Below, in pieces: positions 24,898-41,015 of a DNA stretch of 64,000 bases; the first letter of the stretch is position 1; each line of letters begins with the position of its first letter. The notes under the pieces are model-generated. The model searched no databases, was not told the origin of the DNA, and saw only the letters and a program-made list of their open reading frames with translations. Origin of the DNA: Macrostomum lignano (taxonomy: Eukaryota); assembly GCA_002269645.1 (NCBI GenBank), contig NIVC01000208.1:441639-505638 (forward strand). The letters run 5' to 3'. The position numbers and the translations under genes were made by a program.

Positions 24898-26374
24898 TAC
24901 ATTCGGGTAAGTCTAAGCATAGCTAGCAGTGAATTACAATGCGGAATGCAAGTAATGAATAAAAAATGATATTGTAAAGTTAAAAGGATCCTAACGCCTC
25001 AAAAACAACTTAAAAGCCCTTCTTTTTTATATATTTTTATGTATAAGAAGCATATTTTAAATGCGTATTCTATATTTAAAAAAGGAAGTTAAAAGAACCT
25101 GTTAGTTAAACTTTTTTTTTGTTTAAATGTTCAAAAGCAAATTTGAAAAAGCCGGACTTTCTAAGCCCTAAAATATGAAATAATTTATAAAGATTCGACC
25201 ATCCAACCTAATCTAAAAAAATAAAACTTACACACCTTCAACAATCTAAATATTTCTTTCTAAAAAATTTAGCCTTCTCTTCGAAATAAAACTAGTCGTT
25301 TTTAAGCTTTCACGTTACAGAACATAAAAAAGTATACACTAGCTATACCGAAACATTGCACACATAGTGATCAGTAAATGATGCAAATTAGCGAGTACAT
25401 ATCGGTCTTTATTATTTAAGTAGATGTTAGAATTGACTACAAAAGCTTGTTTGGACTTGGACTTTGGCTTGCATTACTTATATTTGTTGAAGCAATGTAT
25501 AAGTAATGTAAAATACATTCTACTGTTACATGTACATGTACATGGTGCTTGATACACGCTGTTGATATTATGTTTTAGGATGTGTACGAGTATGAGGATA
25601 CAGTGTATGTTCTCTCAGGAGTCAGCGAAATGGGCAGAGTAGCCGGTTTTGCACCAGAGTACTTGGCTTGCTGAATTAAACTTCTTTTTGAGTTTTCTGG
25701 GGACATCATGCATTAAATGTACATTAGATGGATTTAGAGAAGGCTTATATGCTAAACTGGAGCAGCGGTAGAACCTCTAACATGCTAGCATTCAGCTTCA
25801 GTAATTATTTAACATGTAGCCAAGGAGAGAGGCGTTGCAGCATCAGCTCAAAAAAGCGAAAGAAACACAAAGAGGAGCAATAGTTCTGTAGAGTCAGCAG
25901 GATTTTCCCAGATAGGATAGGAAACTAGGAGCGTTTTCTAAACTTTGGGCTGCGCATTAATCCTCTAAGCTTAGGAGTAAAAGTGCATGGATCTGTAAAA
26001 CCAAACAGACTTGAGGATGATTCTCTGCAGAATTTTGGGATCGGTGGGAGGATCTTAATTCTCACGACTTCACGGGGGAATGCGTCAGACCCGATCAGCC
26101 TGCCTAAATAACGTCAGGGGCTGTTCCTATGAGGAACTGCCATTTCCCAGACTCCCTTATTGATGAGGCACATGTGTGCTGCAGCCTTGACTCAAAAGTC
26201 GCAGCTTAGATTCGCTGCTCAATCATTGAAAGATGAAGCGGAGTGATGTAGACTACTGTGCTCCGTCTTTTTGCAAGCCAATTTTCTCCAGCATGCCATC
26301 GTTCTCCGCGTTTGCGTGCAATCTTGCACCGTTTACTCGGCGTGTGTTAAATATCTGGATTTACCTTGAGTAAG

Positions 26375-27335
26375 ACTTCCCTGATCTCTCCTGTCTTCTC
26401 TCTTCTCTCCTCCCGCCTTCTCCCGTCTCTCCGCCCTCTCACTTCCCTCTCTCCCCTCCCTCTCTCCCCTCCCTCTCTCCCCTCCCTCTCTCCTCCCCTC
26501 TCTCCTCCCCTCTCTCCTCCCCTCTCTCCTACCCTCTCTCCCCTCCCTCTCTCCTCCCCTCTCTCCCCTCCCTCTCCCCTCCCTCTCTCCTCCCCTCTCT
26601 CCTCCCCTCTGTGCTCCCCTCTCTCCTACCCTCTCTCCTACCCTCTCTCCTCCCCTCTCTCCTCCCCTCTCTCCTCCCCTCTCTCCTCCCCTCTCTCCCC
26701 TCCCTCTCTCCTCCCCTCTCTCCTCCCCTCTCTCCTCCCCTCTCTTCCCTCCCTCTCTCCTCCCTCTCTCCTCCCCTCTCTCCTCCCCTCTCTCCTACCC
26801 TCTCCCCTCCCCTCTCTCCTCCCCTCTCTCCTCCCCTCTCTCTTCTCCTCTCTCCTCCTCTCTCTCCTCTCCTCTCTCCTCCTCTCTCTCCTCTCCTCTC
26901 TCCCCTCTCTCCTCCCCTCTCCCCTCCCCTCTCTCCTCCCCTCTCTCTTCTCCTCTCTCCTCCTCTCTCTCCTCTCCTCTCTCCTCCTCTCTCCTCTCCT
27001 CTCTCCTCCTCTCTCTCCTCTCCTCTCTCCCCTCTCTCCTCCCCTCTCTCTTCTCCTCTCTCCTCCTCTCTCTCCTCTCCTCTCTCCCCTCCCTCTCTCC
27101 TCCCCTCTCTCCTCCCCTCTCTCCTACCCTCTCTCCTCCCCTCTCTCCTCCCCTCTCTCCTCCCCTCTCCCCTCCCCTCTCTCCTCCCCTCTCTCTTCTC
27201 CTCTCTCCTCCTCTCTCTCCTCTCCTCTCTCCCCTCCCTCTCTCCTCCCCCCTCTCCCCCCCTCTCTCCTTTCTCTCTCCTCCCTCTCTCTCCTTCTTTC
27301 TATTCTCCCCTCTATCCCTCTTTCTATCCTTTCTC
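26375..27335. repeat. CT-rich low-complexity satellite
   Basis: ctctctcctccc-type units. Confidence 0.92.
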
Positions 27336-27676
27336 TGCATAGATGCTTGAAATGCAATCAGTTTGTGGGTTGCCAAGAATCCATCAGGAGTATACAAAGT
27401 AAAAGTACTCTCAGAAACGGGATTCACACGATTGGACAGTGAGTGAAGCTTGAACCCCATGCCTACAATTGGCTCAGATGCTGCAGTGTGCTCAACTATC
27501 CATTTTCCATCGGCCCCATCCAGTTTGTCAGCTTGTTGCAAACTAAACTAAGCTAAAATAAAAAAGGCCGTTTTACTGACGATTATTGTATGCAAGATAC
27601 TGGAAACTGGCTGTGCCACAAATCTGAAGTTTGCTGGTGAGTCTGTTGTGTGCTTTATTGCTCTAATAACATTTTT

Positions 27677-27677
27677 C

Positions 27678-27754
<77 letters not shown>

Positions 27755-27755
27755 T

Positions 27756-27802
<47 letters not shown>

Positions 27803-27864
27803 TACAGACAGACAGACAGACATACATACAGACAGACAGACAGACAGACATACAGACAGACAGC

Positions 27865-27938
<74 letters not shown>

Positions 27939-28007
27939 GGCAGGCAGGCAGGCAGGCAGGCAGACAGACAGACAGACAGACAGGCAGGCAGGCAGGCAGG
28001 CAGGCAG
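27677..28007. repeat. (CAGA)n/(CAGG)n microsatellite
   Basis: Direct reading. Confidence 0.95.
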
Positions 28008-28477
28008 TTCAACCATGATATTATAGATTCTCTGTGTATATTCGGCCTTTACTTCTCTCTTAGCCAAAAAGATTTGCCCATAAGCCTCTTGTCTCCTGTG
28101 ATAGCCAAAGTGCATAAAAGCTGCATGGGAGGGCTGGCCGGCAGCAGCAATCACTAAGGCAATAATCTTCCTTCATTTCAGAAAAGTCGCTCATTCGTTC
28201 TGGTTCCCTGCCTCCCTAACTCCCTTGGTGCAATTGTCTTCCTGTCTGCGTCCTCTTCATTTCGTCAGCGAGAAGATCCTGTCAAAGGTGATGCTAACTA
28301 GCGAAGGCATGTGAAGGCTGAGATTAGTCAAGGAGGCCTTATACCGCCAACATCATAACGATGACGTGCATTAGGCCTGTTCGCGTGTAATTTATTTCAA
28401 TTCGGACAGTATGTACTTTTGATTCCGAGTTGAAAGGAACGCTAAAACTTTAGCTTGTGAAGTTAGATTCTCTGAAC

Positions 28478-28955
28478 TCGCTTCAGGGACTATCAATGCA
28501 CACTTCAGCCTGTAAATAAGTCGCTTCAGGGACTATCAATGCACACTTCAGGCTGTAAATAACTCGCTTCAGGGACTATCAATGCACACTTCAGGCTGTA
28601 AATAAGTCGCTTCAGGGACTATCAATGCACACTTCAGGTTGTAAATAAGTCGCTTCAGGGACTATCAATGCACACTTCAGGCTGTAAATAACTCGCTTCA
28701 GGGACTATCAATGCACACTTCAGCCTGTAAATAAGTCGCTTCAGGGACTATCAATGCACACTTCAGGCTGTAAATAAGTCGCTTCAGGGACTATCAATGC
28801 ACACTTCAGGCTGTAAATAACTCGCTTCAGGGACTATCAATGCACACTTCAGGCTGTAAATAAGTCGCTTCAGGGACTATCAATGCACACTTCAGGCTGT
28901 AAATAAGTCGCTTCAGGGACTATCAATGCACACTTCAGGCTGTAAATAAGTCGCT
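28478..28955. repeat. 43-bp minisatellite, 11 near-identical copies
   Basis: Unit tcgcttcagggactatcaatgcacacttcaggctgtaaataa(g/c); no spacers. Confidence 0.95.
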
Positions 28956-29411
28956 CCAGAGGATCTCAGTGCAAATCAATGCTTTATGAGGGATATTGCA
29001 ATCTGTTTCAACTGAGAAAAAACTTTCTTTAAGACAGGTTGAAGAACGAGAGAGGCAATTTTCTTAGGGAGTAGGCCAGAAAATGTAATTAGTGGATTTA
29101 GACTTGAAGGCTTCCGAATTGCTCCGTTCTGCTTTCAACTTTCATGCCAGATTTTTTGTGGCAAATAGGTAGAGTCAACTCAGTCCCAAGCCCCACTGAG
29201 AAAGTTTAAGATGACGGCATTCTCGCCTGACATCAAAGAAGCCTTCAGCTCAGGTTGAATACTGTGGCAATGCCTGTTAGAGGGCGTGAAGCCTTGCTTT
29301 AGGTAAAGGGTCCTAAAGAATTCCCAGTTCTCAAGTGATTTTATGACTTCTTTAGAAAGTTCATGGTTGGGTGCCGAAAGAATTCTGGAGTCTCTTTATG
29401 AGCGAGTTTAA

Positions 29412-30318
29412 AAGTGAGTTCGTGAGTGAGTTCATGAGTGAGTTCATGATTGAGTTCATGATTGAGTTCATGAGTGAGTTCATGAGTGAGTTCATGAGTG
29501 AGTTCATGAGTGAGTTCATGATTGAGTTCATGAGTGAGGTCATGAGTGAGTTCATGAGTGAGTTCATGATTGAGTTCATGATTGAGTTCATGATTGAGTT
29601 CATGAGTGAGTTCATGAGTGAGTTCATGAGTGAGTTCATGATTGAGTTCATGATTGAGCTCATGAGTGAGGTCATGAGTGAGTTCATGATTGAGTTCATG
29701 AGTGAGTTCATGATTGAGTTCATGATTGAGTTCATGAGTGAGTTCATGAGTGAGTTCATGAGTGAGGTCATGAGTGAGTTCATGAGTGAGGTCATGAGAG
29801 AGTTCATAGGTGAGTTCATGAGTGAGGTCATGAGTGAGTTCATGAGTGAGGTCATGAGAGAGTTCATAGGTGAGTTCATGAGTGAGTTCATGATTGAGTT
29901 CATGATTGAGTTCATGATTGAGTTCATGATTGAGTTCATGATTGAGTTTATGAGTGAGTTCATGAGTGAGTTCATGAGTGAGTTCATGATTGAGTTCATG
30001 ATTGAGTTCATGAGTGAGTTCATGAGTGAGTTCATGAGTGAGGTCATGAGTGAGTTCATGAGTGAGGTCATGAGAGAGTTCATAGGTGAGTTCATGAGAG
30101 AGTTCATGAGTGAGTTCATGAGAGAGTTCATGAATGAGTTCATGAGAGAGTTCATGGGTGAGTTCATGAGAGAGTTCATGAGTGTGTTCATTAGAGAGTT
30201 CATGAGTGAGTTCATGAGAGAGTTCATGATCGAGTTCATGATTGAGTTCATGATCGAGTTCATGATTGAGTTCATGAGTGAGTTCATGAGTGAGGTCATG
30301 AGTGAGTTCATGAGTGAG
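29412..30318. repeat. 12-bp minisatellite (atgagtgagttc)n
   Basis: Direct reading; reverse complement of the 38965-39490 array. Confidence 0.95.
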
Positions 30319-30589
30319 CGAGTCCTACTGCTTCTCTGATACTTCCTCTGAAAAGGATAGAAATTCTTACATAGGTACAGGAGGCAATAAGAAATCAAAT
30401 AGCAGCATATGTCCCTTGCCTAGGAAGCATTCGATGCAGTGGGTGATTCGGCAAAATGAGCTTAAAAACTTATCAACACGCAGCCCCATCAGCGGAAAGC
30501 CAGGCGGGACGAGAGTGGGATCGGTTATCAAAGTCTAATGAGGCGTTTTGGAGTCGGATTTCGGAATATGGCATCGAGCTGATGAGGTA

Positions 30590-31325
<736 letters not shown>

Positions 31326-31991
31326 GCTATCAGGGCGCAGGTGCAGTTAGGAGCAGTCAAAAGCTCACAAATTGTTCGCCCCTCACAAAAAAGAGTTGAA
31401 TTTTCGCATATGCAGTCGGCAAAAAATTCGCACGGCAGATGCGATTTGGCTGGGGAAGCGGGTTGGAATGCCATTGGAAAGCGTACAGACAGGCAGTGGG
31501 AGAGGAAAACTGCGGTATTGCATGGCTCGAATTGCCTCCAACAGAAATATGGAAGGCCGACGGGCGCTGACAGGACTACGCGTTTTCTATGCACTTTTTA
31601 GCAGCCTTTCCAAAACCAAGGTCGGTATGGGCTAATGGACGCTTGGGGCTGCAAGGAACCGTCGAGTTTTCGAGACGACGGGAAAGTTAGCTGTAGGCAG
31701 GACCGGGGGGAACGAGGCAAAGAAGGAAGAGGTTCCGGCGCAGCGTTTCCCTTCCCTTAAAAAATCTGGATATTCCATTCCGCTCTCTGTGTTTCGCACA
31801 GGAAAACTGCTGCAACACAAAGTAACAAAGCTGAAAGAGAGATTGCTGTTCAGCCGTTCGCGACAGTCCGCTGTGTTGGACACCACGGGACGCCTTCCTG
31901 TCGGCCTTCATCTACGCTTTGTCCCTCTCCCCGCCTCCATCTGATTATTTCTCTGACCCCCTTTTTTAGTTAAATAGGCCGTTGAACTAAA

Positions 31992-34900
31992 ATGGCCGCC
32001 ACTTCTGGTCCAGCTGACAAGGAAGTTCCTGCTGCTGCCGCTGCTGCCTCTGCTGCTTCTGTTGCGACGTTCAACACTTCACCAACTCAGCAGAGTCAGG
32101 AAGGCGTTGAAGACTTTTCAGCATTTGAACGGTTGAGTTTCTTTAATTTCTTTGGAAATGCATTTTTGAAGGCTTAGCTACCTCTCGAGAAAATACAGTT
32201 ATCTGATGCGTTTTATGTACTGCGTTTTGAACCACGAAACAAATGAAAAGCATGTGTTTGGTCCAATTTCGATTCGTATGTTTCTTCATGGCTCAGTTTT
32301 CGAAACTACAGCTGCAGTTGCAGTCAGCTTACACGAGTTAAAACGCGAGGTTCCAACGCCCGGATGTGAACGTCTATTTATATGGCCAAAAAGTCTCTAA
32401 TCCAGTGCAAAGCCAGCGAAAGCCAGCGAGCACAAAGCACGTTCACCTCGTAATCCACGGCATTGCCCAGCTAATAGTCTATGGCCGTCATTTAATTGGC
32501 CAGGCCTTTAAACGCTGAGTCAACTATTCTGTGGAGTCAGCAGCCATCAGAGTTGTTTCCTTGGGGTCGGGAGCCTCCAGCGCCGTTTCTTACAAGTCAA
32601 CAGCCACCAGAGGCTTCTCTTGCAAGTCAACAGCCACCAGAGGCTTCTCTTGCAAGTCAACAGCCACCAGAGGCATTTTTTGCAAGTCAACAGCCACCAG
32701 AGGCATTTTTTGCAAGTCAAAAGCCACCAGAGGGATCTTTTGCAAGTCAACAGCCACCAGAGGCGTCTCTTGCAAGTCAACAGCAACCAGAGGCGTCTCT
32801 TGCAAGTCAACAGCAACCAGAGGCGTCTCTTGCAAGTCAACAGCCACCAGAGGCTGCTCTTGCAAGTCAACAGCCACCAGAGGCTGCTCTTGCAAGTCAA
32901 CAGCCACCAGAGGCATTTTTTGCAAGTCAACAGCCACCAGAGGCATTTTTTGCAAGTCAAAAGCCACCAGAGGGATCTTTTGCAAGTCAACAGCCACCAG
33001 AGGCGTCTCTTGCAAGTCAACAGCAACCAGAGGCGTCTCTTGCAAGTCAACAGCCACCAGAGGCATTTGTTGCAAGTCAACAGTCACCAGAGGGACCTTT
33101 TGCAAGTCAACAGCCACCAGAGGCGTCTCTTGCAAGTCAACAGCCACCAGAGGCTGCTCTTGCAAGTCAAAAGCAACCAGAGGCTGCTCTTGCAAGTCAA
33201 CAGCCACCAGAGGCTGCTCTTGCAAGTCAAAAGCAACCAGAGGCTGCTCTTGCAAGTCAAAAGCAACCAGAGGCTGCTCTTGCAAGTCAACAGCCACCAG
33301 AGGCTGCTCTTGCAAGTCAACAGCCACCAGAGGCTGCTCTTGCAAGTCAACAGCCACCAGAAGCCGTTTTCTTTGCGTCGGGACCGCCACACCAAATAAT
33401 GCTAAGTTAGAAAACTGGCATTCTAAAGTTGAAAGCCCACAAAAATAATAGGTTGGGCCTATTGACAAACGCAATGCTTTACGAAGAAACTCGACTGAGA
33501 TACAAGCAGGTCTAGTAATGGCTTGCAATATGAATGCATATCTTAAATGTGTCTTCAAACTACTTTTTACGAGCGTACAACATAATTGACGTTATTTATT
33601 GAAATTCCAATCAAGAAAATCAACACAGTTCATAAACTATTATTTTCTTTTCAACAGGCAGTTGTCGCTTAGTCAAAGCATTGGCGAAGATTTGCGACCT
33701 CGGCTGCATCGGAGAAATCAGTTCATCTTTTCTAGAAAAACGGCTGTAAGTGTGACCTCTAATAATAATTTAGTTGCTGGCTTAAACCCTCAAAGGATCA
33801 GACTTACAAACCTACATTATTAAACCCTTCAACCCTACCGTACAACTGGACCTTTCAACCCTCCATACAACCATACAGTACAGTACAGGCTGACCCTACA
33901 ACCCTACAGGCTGACCCTATAACCCTACAGGCTGACCCTACAACCCTACAGGCTGACCCTATAACCCTACAGGCTGACCCTACAACCCTACAGGCTGACC
34001 CTACAACCCTACAGGCTGACCCTATAACCCTACAGGCTGACCCTACAACCCTACAGGCTGACCCTACAACCCTACAGGCTGACCCTATAACCCTACAGGC
34101 TGACCCTACAACCCTACAGGCTGACCCTACAGCCCTACAGGCTGACCCTACAACCCTATAGGCTGACCCCACAACCCTACAGTACAGGCTGACCCCACAA
34201 CCCTACAGTACAGGCTGACTCCACAACCCTACAGTACAGGCTGACCCACAACCCTACAGTACAGGCTGACCCCACAACCCTACAGTACAGGCTGACTCGA
34301 CAACCCTACAGTACAGGCTGACCCCACAACCCTACAGTACAGGCTGACTCCACAACCCTACAGTACAGGCTGACCCCACAACCCTACAGTACAGGCTGAC
34401 TCCACAACCCTACAGTACAGGCTGACCCCACAACCCTACAGTACAGGCTGACCCCACAACCCTACAGTACAGGCTGACTCCACAACCCTACAGTACAGGC
34501 TGACCCCACAACCCTACAGTACAGGCTGACCCCACAACCCTACAGTACAGGCTGACCCCACAACCCTACAGTACAGGCTGACTCCACAACCCTACAGTAC
34601 AGGCTGACCCCACAACCCTACAGTACAGGCTGACCCCACAACCCTACAGTACAGGCTGACCCCACAACCCTACAGTACAGGCTGACTCCACAACCCTACA
34701 GTACAGGCTGACCCCACAACCCTACCTTCTACCCCTCCACCCGCCAGCTCTCCATGGACCAGTGCCCCCTGGCCCCAGCGAGCTGGAGTCAGGCCCCGTC
34801 GCCAACGCCGCTGCAGTCGGGCACCGCCATGGCGGTGCACTCGCACTCCGGCTCAGACACCGGCCTGCTGCTCGCCGACTCTTCAGTGAGCAGAATCGCC

Positions 34901-37900
34901 AGTCGAATCGCCCAAAGCATGGATAACGTGCAGAAACGTCGTTCAGTCACCGATTCGAATCATCTGAGAGTGCTGCACGACAGCCTGACTAGCTTGACTC
35001 ACAGGATCACTGGCGCACACGGTAGTCAGGAGAGTCTGCCAGCAGATCAATCCGCAGCGTCGCCAGGTGGAGCCGTCGCGAGTCTGACTTCGTTGTCGCA
35101 GCCTCCGCAGGTGCATCACGTCAAGTCCAACTCCGCTGGAGGTCGAAGTCGAAAGAAAACTAAGGTTTGCTTGGCTAAATACTGGATTGCAGAGAGGCTA
35201 AACTGAGACAACTGACCATTCTCTCCCCACACACCCTCTCCCTCACTGCACCATTCTCTGCCCCACACACCCTCTCCCTCACTGCACCATTCTTTCTCCA
35301 CACACACCCTCTCCCTCACTGCACCATTGTCTGCCCCACACACCCTCTCCCTCACTGCACCATTGTCTGCCCCACACACCCTCTCCCTCACTGCACCATT
35401 CTTTCTCCACACACACCCTCTCCCTCACTGCACCATTCTCTGCCCCATACACCCTCTCCCTCACTGCACCATTCTTTCTCCACACACACCCTCTCCCTCA
35501 CTGCACCATTGTCTGCCCCACACACCCTCTCCCTCACTGCACCATTCTTTCTCCACACACACCCTCTCCCTCACTGCACCATTCTCTGCCCCACACACCC
35601 TCTCCCTCACTGCACCATTCTCTCTCCACACACCCTCTCCCTCACTGCACCATTCTCTGCCCCACACACCCTCTCCCTCACTCTCTCCGTCTCCCTCACT
35701 GTGTCCCTCTACCTCACTCCACTTCAAAAACGCAATTCTCAGAAAGAACCAATGTGTTGTAGGTACATCTATAAAAATAAATAAACATATATATAAGATT
35801 TTTTAAAACTGACACGTGAAATCTAACAAAGCTGACCAGACTACTTAGAAAAAGTAGTACGAATCGCCCAAGGAATTAAAAATTAACTTCTCTAAATAGG
35901 CTAAAAATCCAGCAATTAAAACAAGTTTTTTTCGACTGTGTCTGTTTAAGCCACTAACTAACAAGTTGTTTGAATGAGCAGTATTGTTATTCTGTCACGT
36001 GAGTAAATTGTTATAACAGCTTTGTTTTAGTATCCGATTGCACAATTTCCATGGCTTATTGAAGTTGAACTGTCAGTACTGTAAAACAAATTGTCAGTGG
36101 ATACATATATAATAGCAGTGTGGGTGAAATCTGGGTTATGACACAAATATTGGCCAAATATTCATGGCAAAGTATAATATAAATGCGCATGCTAAATTCA
36201 AAAGCTTTTTAATTCCGAGACAGTCAAAACAGTTTCTCAATCAAGACCATAGACTATTTTAATAATTATGAATATTGGCAGTTTGCCAAACATATTTGCC
36301 AAGCATACTACTGATGCTACCGCTGCCAAGCATCACAGACGGAAAACGTCATTAAATACATTCTTATACAACGGAAGCAATGACGACAGAAGGCAGAAGT
36401 TACTCACCAATGACGCCTTGTTGAGCTTTCTGGTGCAGCCCAGCAAGTCTGCTTGCGGTGGTGAGTTTCTCAGTTTCTTTAGAATTTTTATGATTAATTA
36501 ATGATTTAGACTGCTCTTGACTCTGTTCTAAAACTTCTGTCTGCAATAAGTCTGCTGTTTGATCTTCAAGTATTTAAGCAATTGTTATAACAGCCTCTTT
36601 ATTATTATTAGTGACCCTGACACCCATATTCCTGACACCCATACTCCTGACACCCATATTCCTGACACCCATATTCCTGACACCCATATTCCTGACACAC
36701 ATATTCCTGACACCCATATTTCTGACACCCATATTCCTGACACTCATATTCCTGACACCCATATTCCTGACACCCATATTCCTGACACCCATATTCCTGA
36801 CACACATATTCCTGACACCCATATTTCTGACACCCATATTCCTGACACTCATATTCCTGACACCCATATTCCTGACACCCATATTGCTGAACACCCATAT
36901 TTCTGACACCATTATTCCTGACACCCATATTCCTGAAACCCATATTCCTGAAACCCATATTCCTAACACCCATATTCCTGACACCCATATTCCTGACACT
37001 CATATTCCTGACACCCATATTCCTGACACCCATATTCCTGACACTCATATTCCTGACACCCATATTCCTGACACCCATATTCCTGACACACATATTCCTG
37101 ACACCCATATTCCTGAAACCCATATTGCTGAACACCCATATTTCTGACACCATTATTCCTGACACACATATTCCTGACACCCATATTGCTGAACACCCAT
37201 ATTTCTGACACCATTATTCCTGACACCCATATTCCTGAAACCCATATTGCTGAACACCCATATTTCTGACACCATTATTCCTGACACCCATATTCCTGAA
37301 ACCCATATTGCTGAACACCCATATTTCTGACACCATTATTCCTGACACCCATATTCCTGAAACCCATATTCCTGAAACCCATATTCCTAACACCCATATT
37401 CCTGACACCCATATTCCTGACACTCATATTCCTGACACCCATATTCCTGACACACATATTCCTGACACCCATATTCCTGACACCCATATTCCTGACACCC
37501 ATATTCCTGACACCCATACTCATGACACCCATATTCCTGACACCCATATTCCTGACACCCATATTCCTGACACACATATTGCTGAACACCCATATTTCTG
37601 ACACCATTATTCCTGACACCCATATTCCTGAAACCCATATTGCTGAACACCCATATTTCTGACACCATTATTCCTGACACCCATATTCCTGAAACCCATA
37701 TTCCTGAAACCCATATTGCTGAACACCCATATTTCTGACACCATTATTCCTGACACCCATATTCCTGAAACCCATATTGCTGAACACCCATATTCCTGAA
37801 ACCCATATTGCTGAACACCCATATTCCTGAAACCCATATTGCTGAACACCCATATTTCTGACACCATTATTCCTGACACCCATATTCCTGAAACCCATAT

Positions 37901-40208
37901 TCCTGAAACCCATATTCCTAACACCCATATTCCTGACACCCATATTCCTGACACTCATATTCCTGACACCCATATTCCTGACACACATATTCCTGACACC
38001 CATATTCCTGACACCCATATTCCTGACACCCATATTCCTGACACCCATTTTCCTGACACCCATATTCCTGACACCCATATTCCTGACACCCATATTCCTG
38101 ACACCCATATTCCTGACACTCATATTCCTGACACCCATATTCCTGACACACATATTCCTGGTACAAAATATTCCTGACATCCATATTTTTGACACCCATA
38201 TTTCTGACACAGAATATTCCCGACACCCATATACTCCTGACACCTATATTCCTGACTCCCATATTTCTGACACCCATATTCCTCACACCCATATTCCTGA
38301 AACCCATATTCCTGACACCCATATTCCTGAAACCCATATTCCTGAAACCCATATTCCTGACATCTATATTCCTGACACCCATATTACTCACACCCACATT
38401 AATGACACCATTATTCCTGACACCCATATTCCTCACACCCACATTAATGACACCATTATTCCTGACACCAATATTGCTGACACCCATATTTCGGACACCC
38501 CAGTTTCCCCAGCTGTCTTGAAACGTAAAATCATTCCACCCGTTGAAGTGACTGGCCAATGCCCAGCTAATGCTAAGGTGTGAGCCAATGCCTACGGCCC
38601 AAGTTAGACAGCAATGCAATATAACAGAACCCTTAAGGACTCCATATCAAGCGCTTTTGTTGCGAGAAAGAGTCACAAACTACCGAGAAAGCTTCTCTAA
38701 ACAAGTCATGAAACGCAGTGAAGGCTCAGACTTGGAAGGCGCTTCGCAGTCACCTGCCTCGACAACTGGCAGTGGCGGCAGGCAGGTTGGGGGAGCCCTG
38801 CCAACCAATATGGCTGGAATCTTTGCTCAGCAATTTTTTCATAAACCAATTGAAGATTTGAAATCGTCAGGTAGGAACTGGGGCGTTAACGTTTTTATGC
38901 ATGCTGAGGTTTTAATTCATTGATTCTAGATCATTAGCTCAGTCATGCACACGATCAAGAGCTCTCTTATGAACTCACTCATGAACTCACTCATGAAATG
39001 ACTCATAAACTCACCCATGATGTCACTACTGATTGTCACTCATGAGCTCACTCATGATGTCACTTATGAACTCACTCATGAACTCACTTATGAACTCACT
39101 AATGATTTCACTCATGAACTCACTCATAAACTCACTCATGAACTCACTTATGATTTCACTCATGAACTCACTTATGAACTCACTAATGATTTCACTCATG
39201 AACTCACTCATAAACTCACTCATGAACTCACTTATGATTTCACTCATGAACTCACTCATGATGTCACTCATGAACTCACTAACTCAGGAACTCACTCATG
39301 AACTCGCTCATGAACTCACTCATGATTTCACTCATGAACTCACTCATAAACTCACTTATGAACTCACTTATGATTTCACTCATGAACTCACTTATGAACT
39401 CACTAATGATTTCACTCATGAACTCACTCATAAACTCACTCATGAACTCACTCATGAACTCACTCATAAACTGGTTTCCATCTCATGAACTTAAACCGCA
39501 CTCATGTCTATTTTTTTATGCCATCAATTGATGCAGGTTTCTACACGAAACAGTGGATTTAAAATCTCGGAATTTAGTCCACTCTTAAATTTCTGAGGGT
39601 GCTTTTAACTTTTACTTTCAATCCACCGTGAGAAACTGAAATTGGGGGCTGGCAGACTCAGTTTTAAATAATTTATAACGTGCAATGGCGCTGGCGTGAC
39701 ACGTAGGCCGAATGTGGCCTCATAAACTCTACACTTCTTTTATCCAGCATTTAAATCGCCCACTCTATCGCCGAGAAGTCAAGATCCGGCAAAGCCCTCC
39801 CGCGTCCAAAACAGTACAGACTTTTTATTGCGGTTGTCAGTTGAAAGATAATTGAAACACGTAAGGCTGAAGTGCAGGAAGCTCCTAGCTATAGCTGCAT
39901 CTCGCACTGCTATTCTCTTTGATCCATAATCTGCTTATTGATTTAATTCGTTCAAAGAATATGCAAAGACATTGTTAGATATGCTTTAATCTGCAGTTTC
40001 TTTTGCACTGATTTGTCTGTCTATCGATTGATCGCATATTTGTGCTGGTTTTGTAAGCTGATAATCTATAGCGATTATTGGATGGTTCTGTGCTTCCCAC
40101 TTCTTCCCCTTTTTAAGCGAATTTTTTCTGTCCTTGTCTTCCTATGCTTCCATTTCTGTCTCGGTCGTAAACCTCACTGTCTACCTCCCTCTGTCTACCT
40201 CTCTCCCC

Positions 40209-40253
<45 letters not shown>

Positions 40254-40492
40254 CTCTCATATCTCTCTTTCATCTCTCTCTCTCTCCTGAGAGAGAGATT
40301 TTTGGCCTGACGAAGAGCCCAGAGGCTTGAAACCGGTAGCCTACTTTCAATTAAATAATTTAACACGCCGTGACCTCTCTTCTCTCTCTCTACCTCTCAT
40401 ATCTCTCATATCTCTCATTCATATCTCTAAAATCTATCCCTCTTTCATCTCTCTCTCTCATATCTCTCATATCTCTCTTTTATCTCTCTCTC

Positions 40493-40528
<36 letters not shown>

Positions 40529-40596
40529 ATCTCTCATATCTCTCTTTCATCTCTCTCTCTCTCATATCTCTCATATCTCTCTTTTATCTCTCTCTC

Positions 40597-40640
<44 letters not shown>

Positions 40641-40708
40641 ATCTCTCATATCTCTCTTTCATCTCTCTCTCTCTCATATCTCTCATATCTCTCTTTTATC
40701 TCTCTCTC

Positions 40709-40790
<82 letters not shown>

Positions 40791-40872
40791 ATCTCTCATA
40801 TCTCTCTTTCATCTCTCTCTGATATCTCTCTTTCATCTCTCTCTCTCATATCTCTCATATCTCTCTTTTATC

Positions 40873-40904
<32 letters not shown>

Positions 40905-40982
40905 CTTCCTCTCTGTCTCACTCTCTCTTTTTCCCCCTGTCACTCTCTCTCTCACTCTCTCTCTTTCCCTCTCTCTCACTGT

Positions 40983-41015
<33 letters not shown>

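Noticed and set aside
26150-26200. LIDEAH helicase-like motif
   Set aside because: An isolated hexapeptide in a short closed frame with no Walker A motif.
28478-28955. 43-bp array as a possible CRISPR
   Set aside because: Head-to-tail units with no unique spacers, no cas genes, eukaryotic context.
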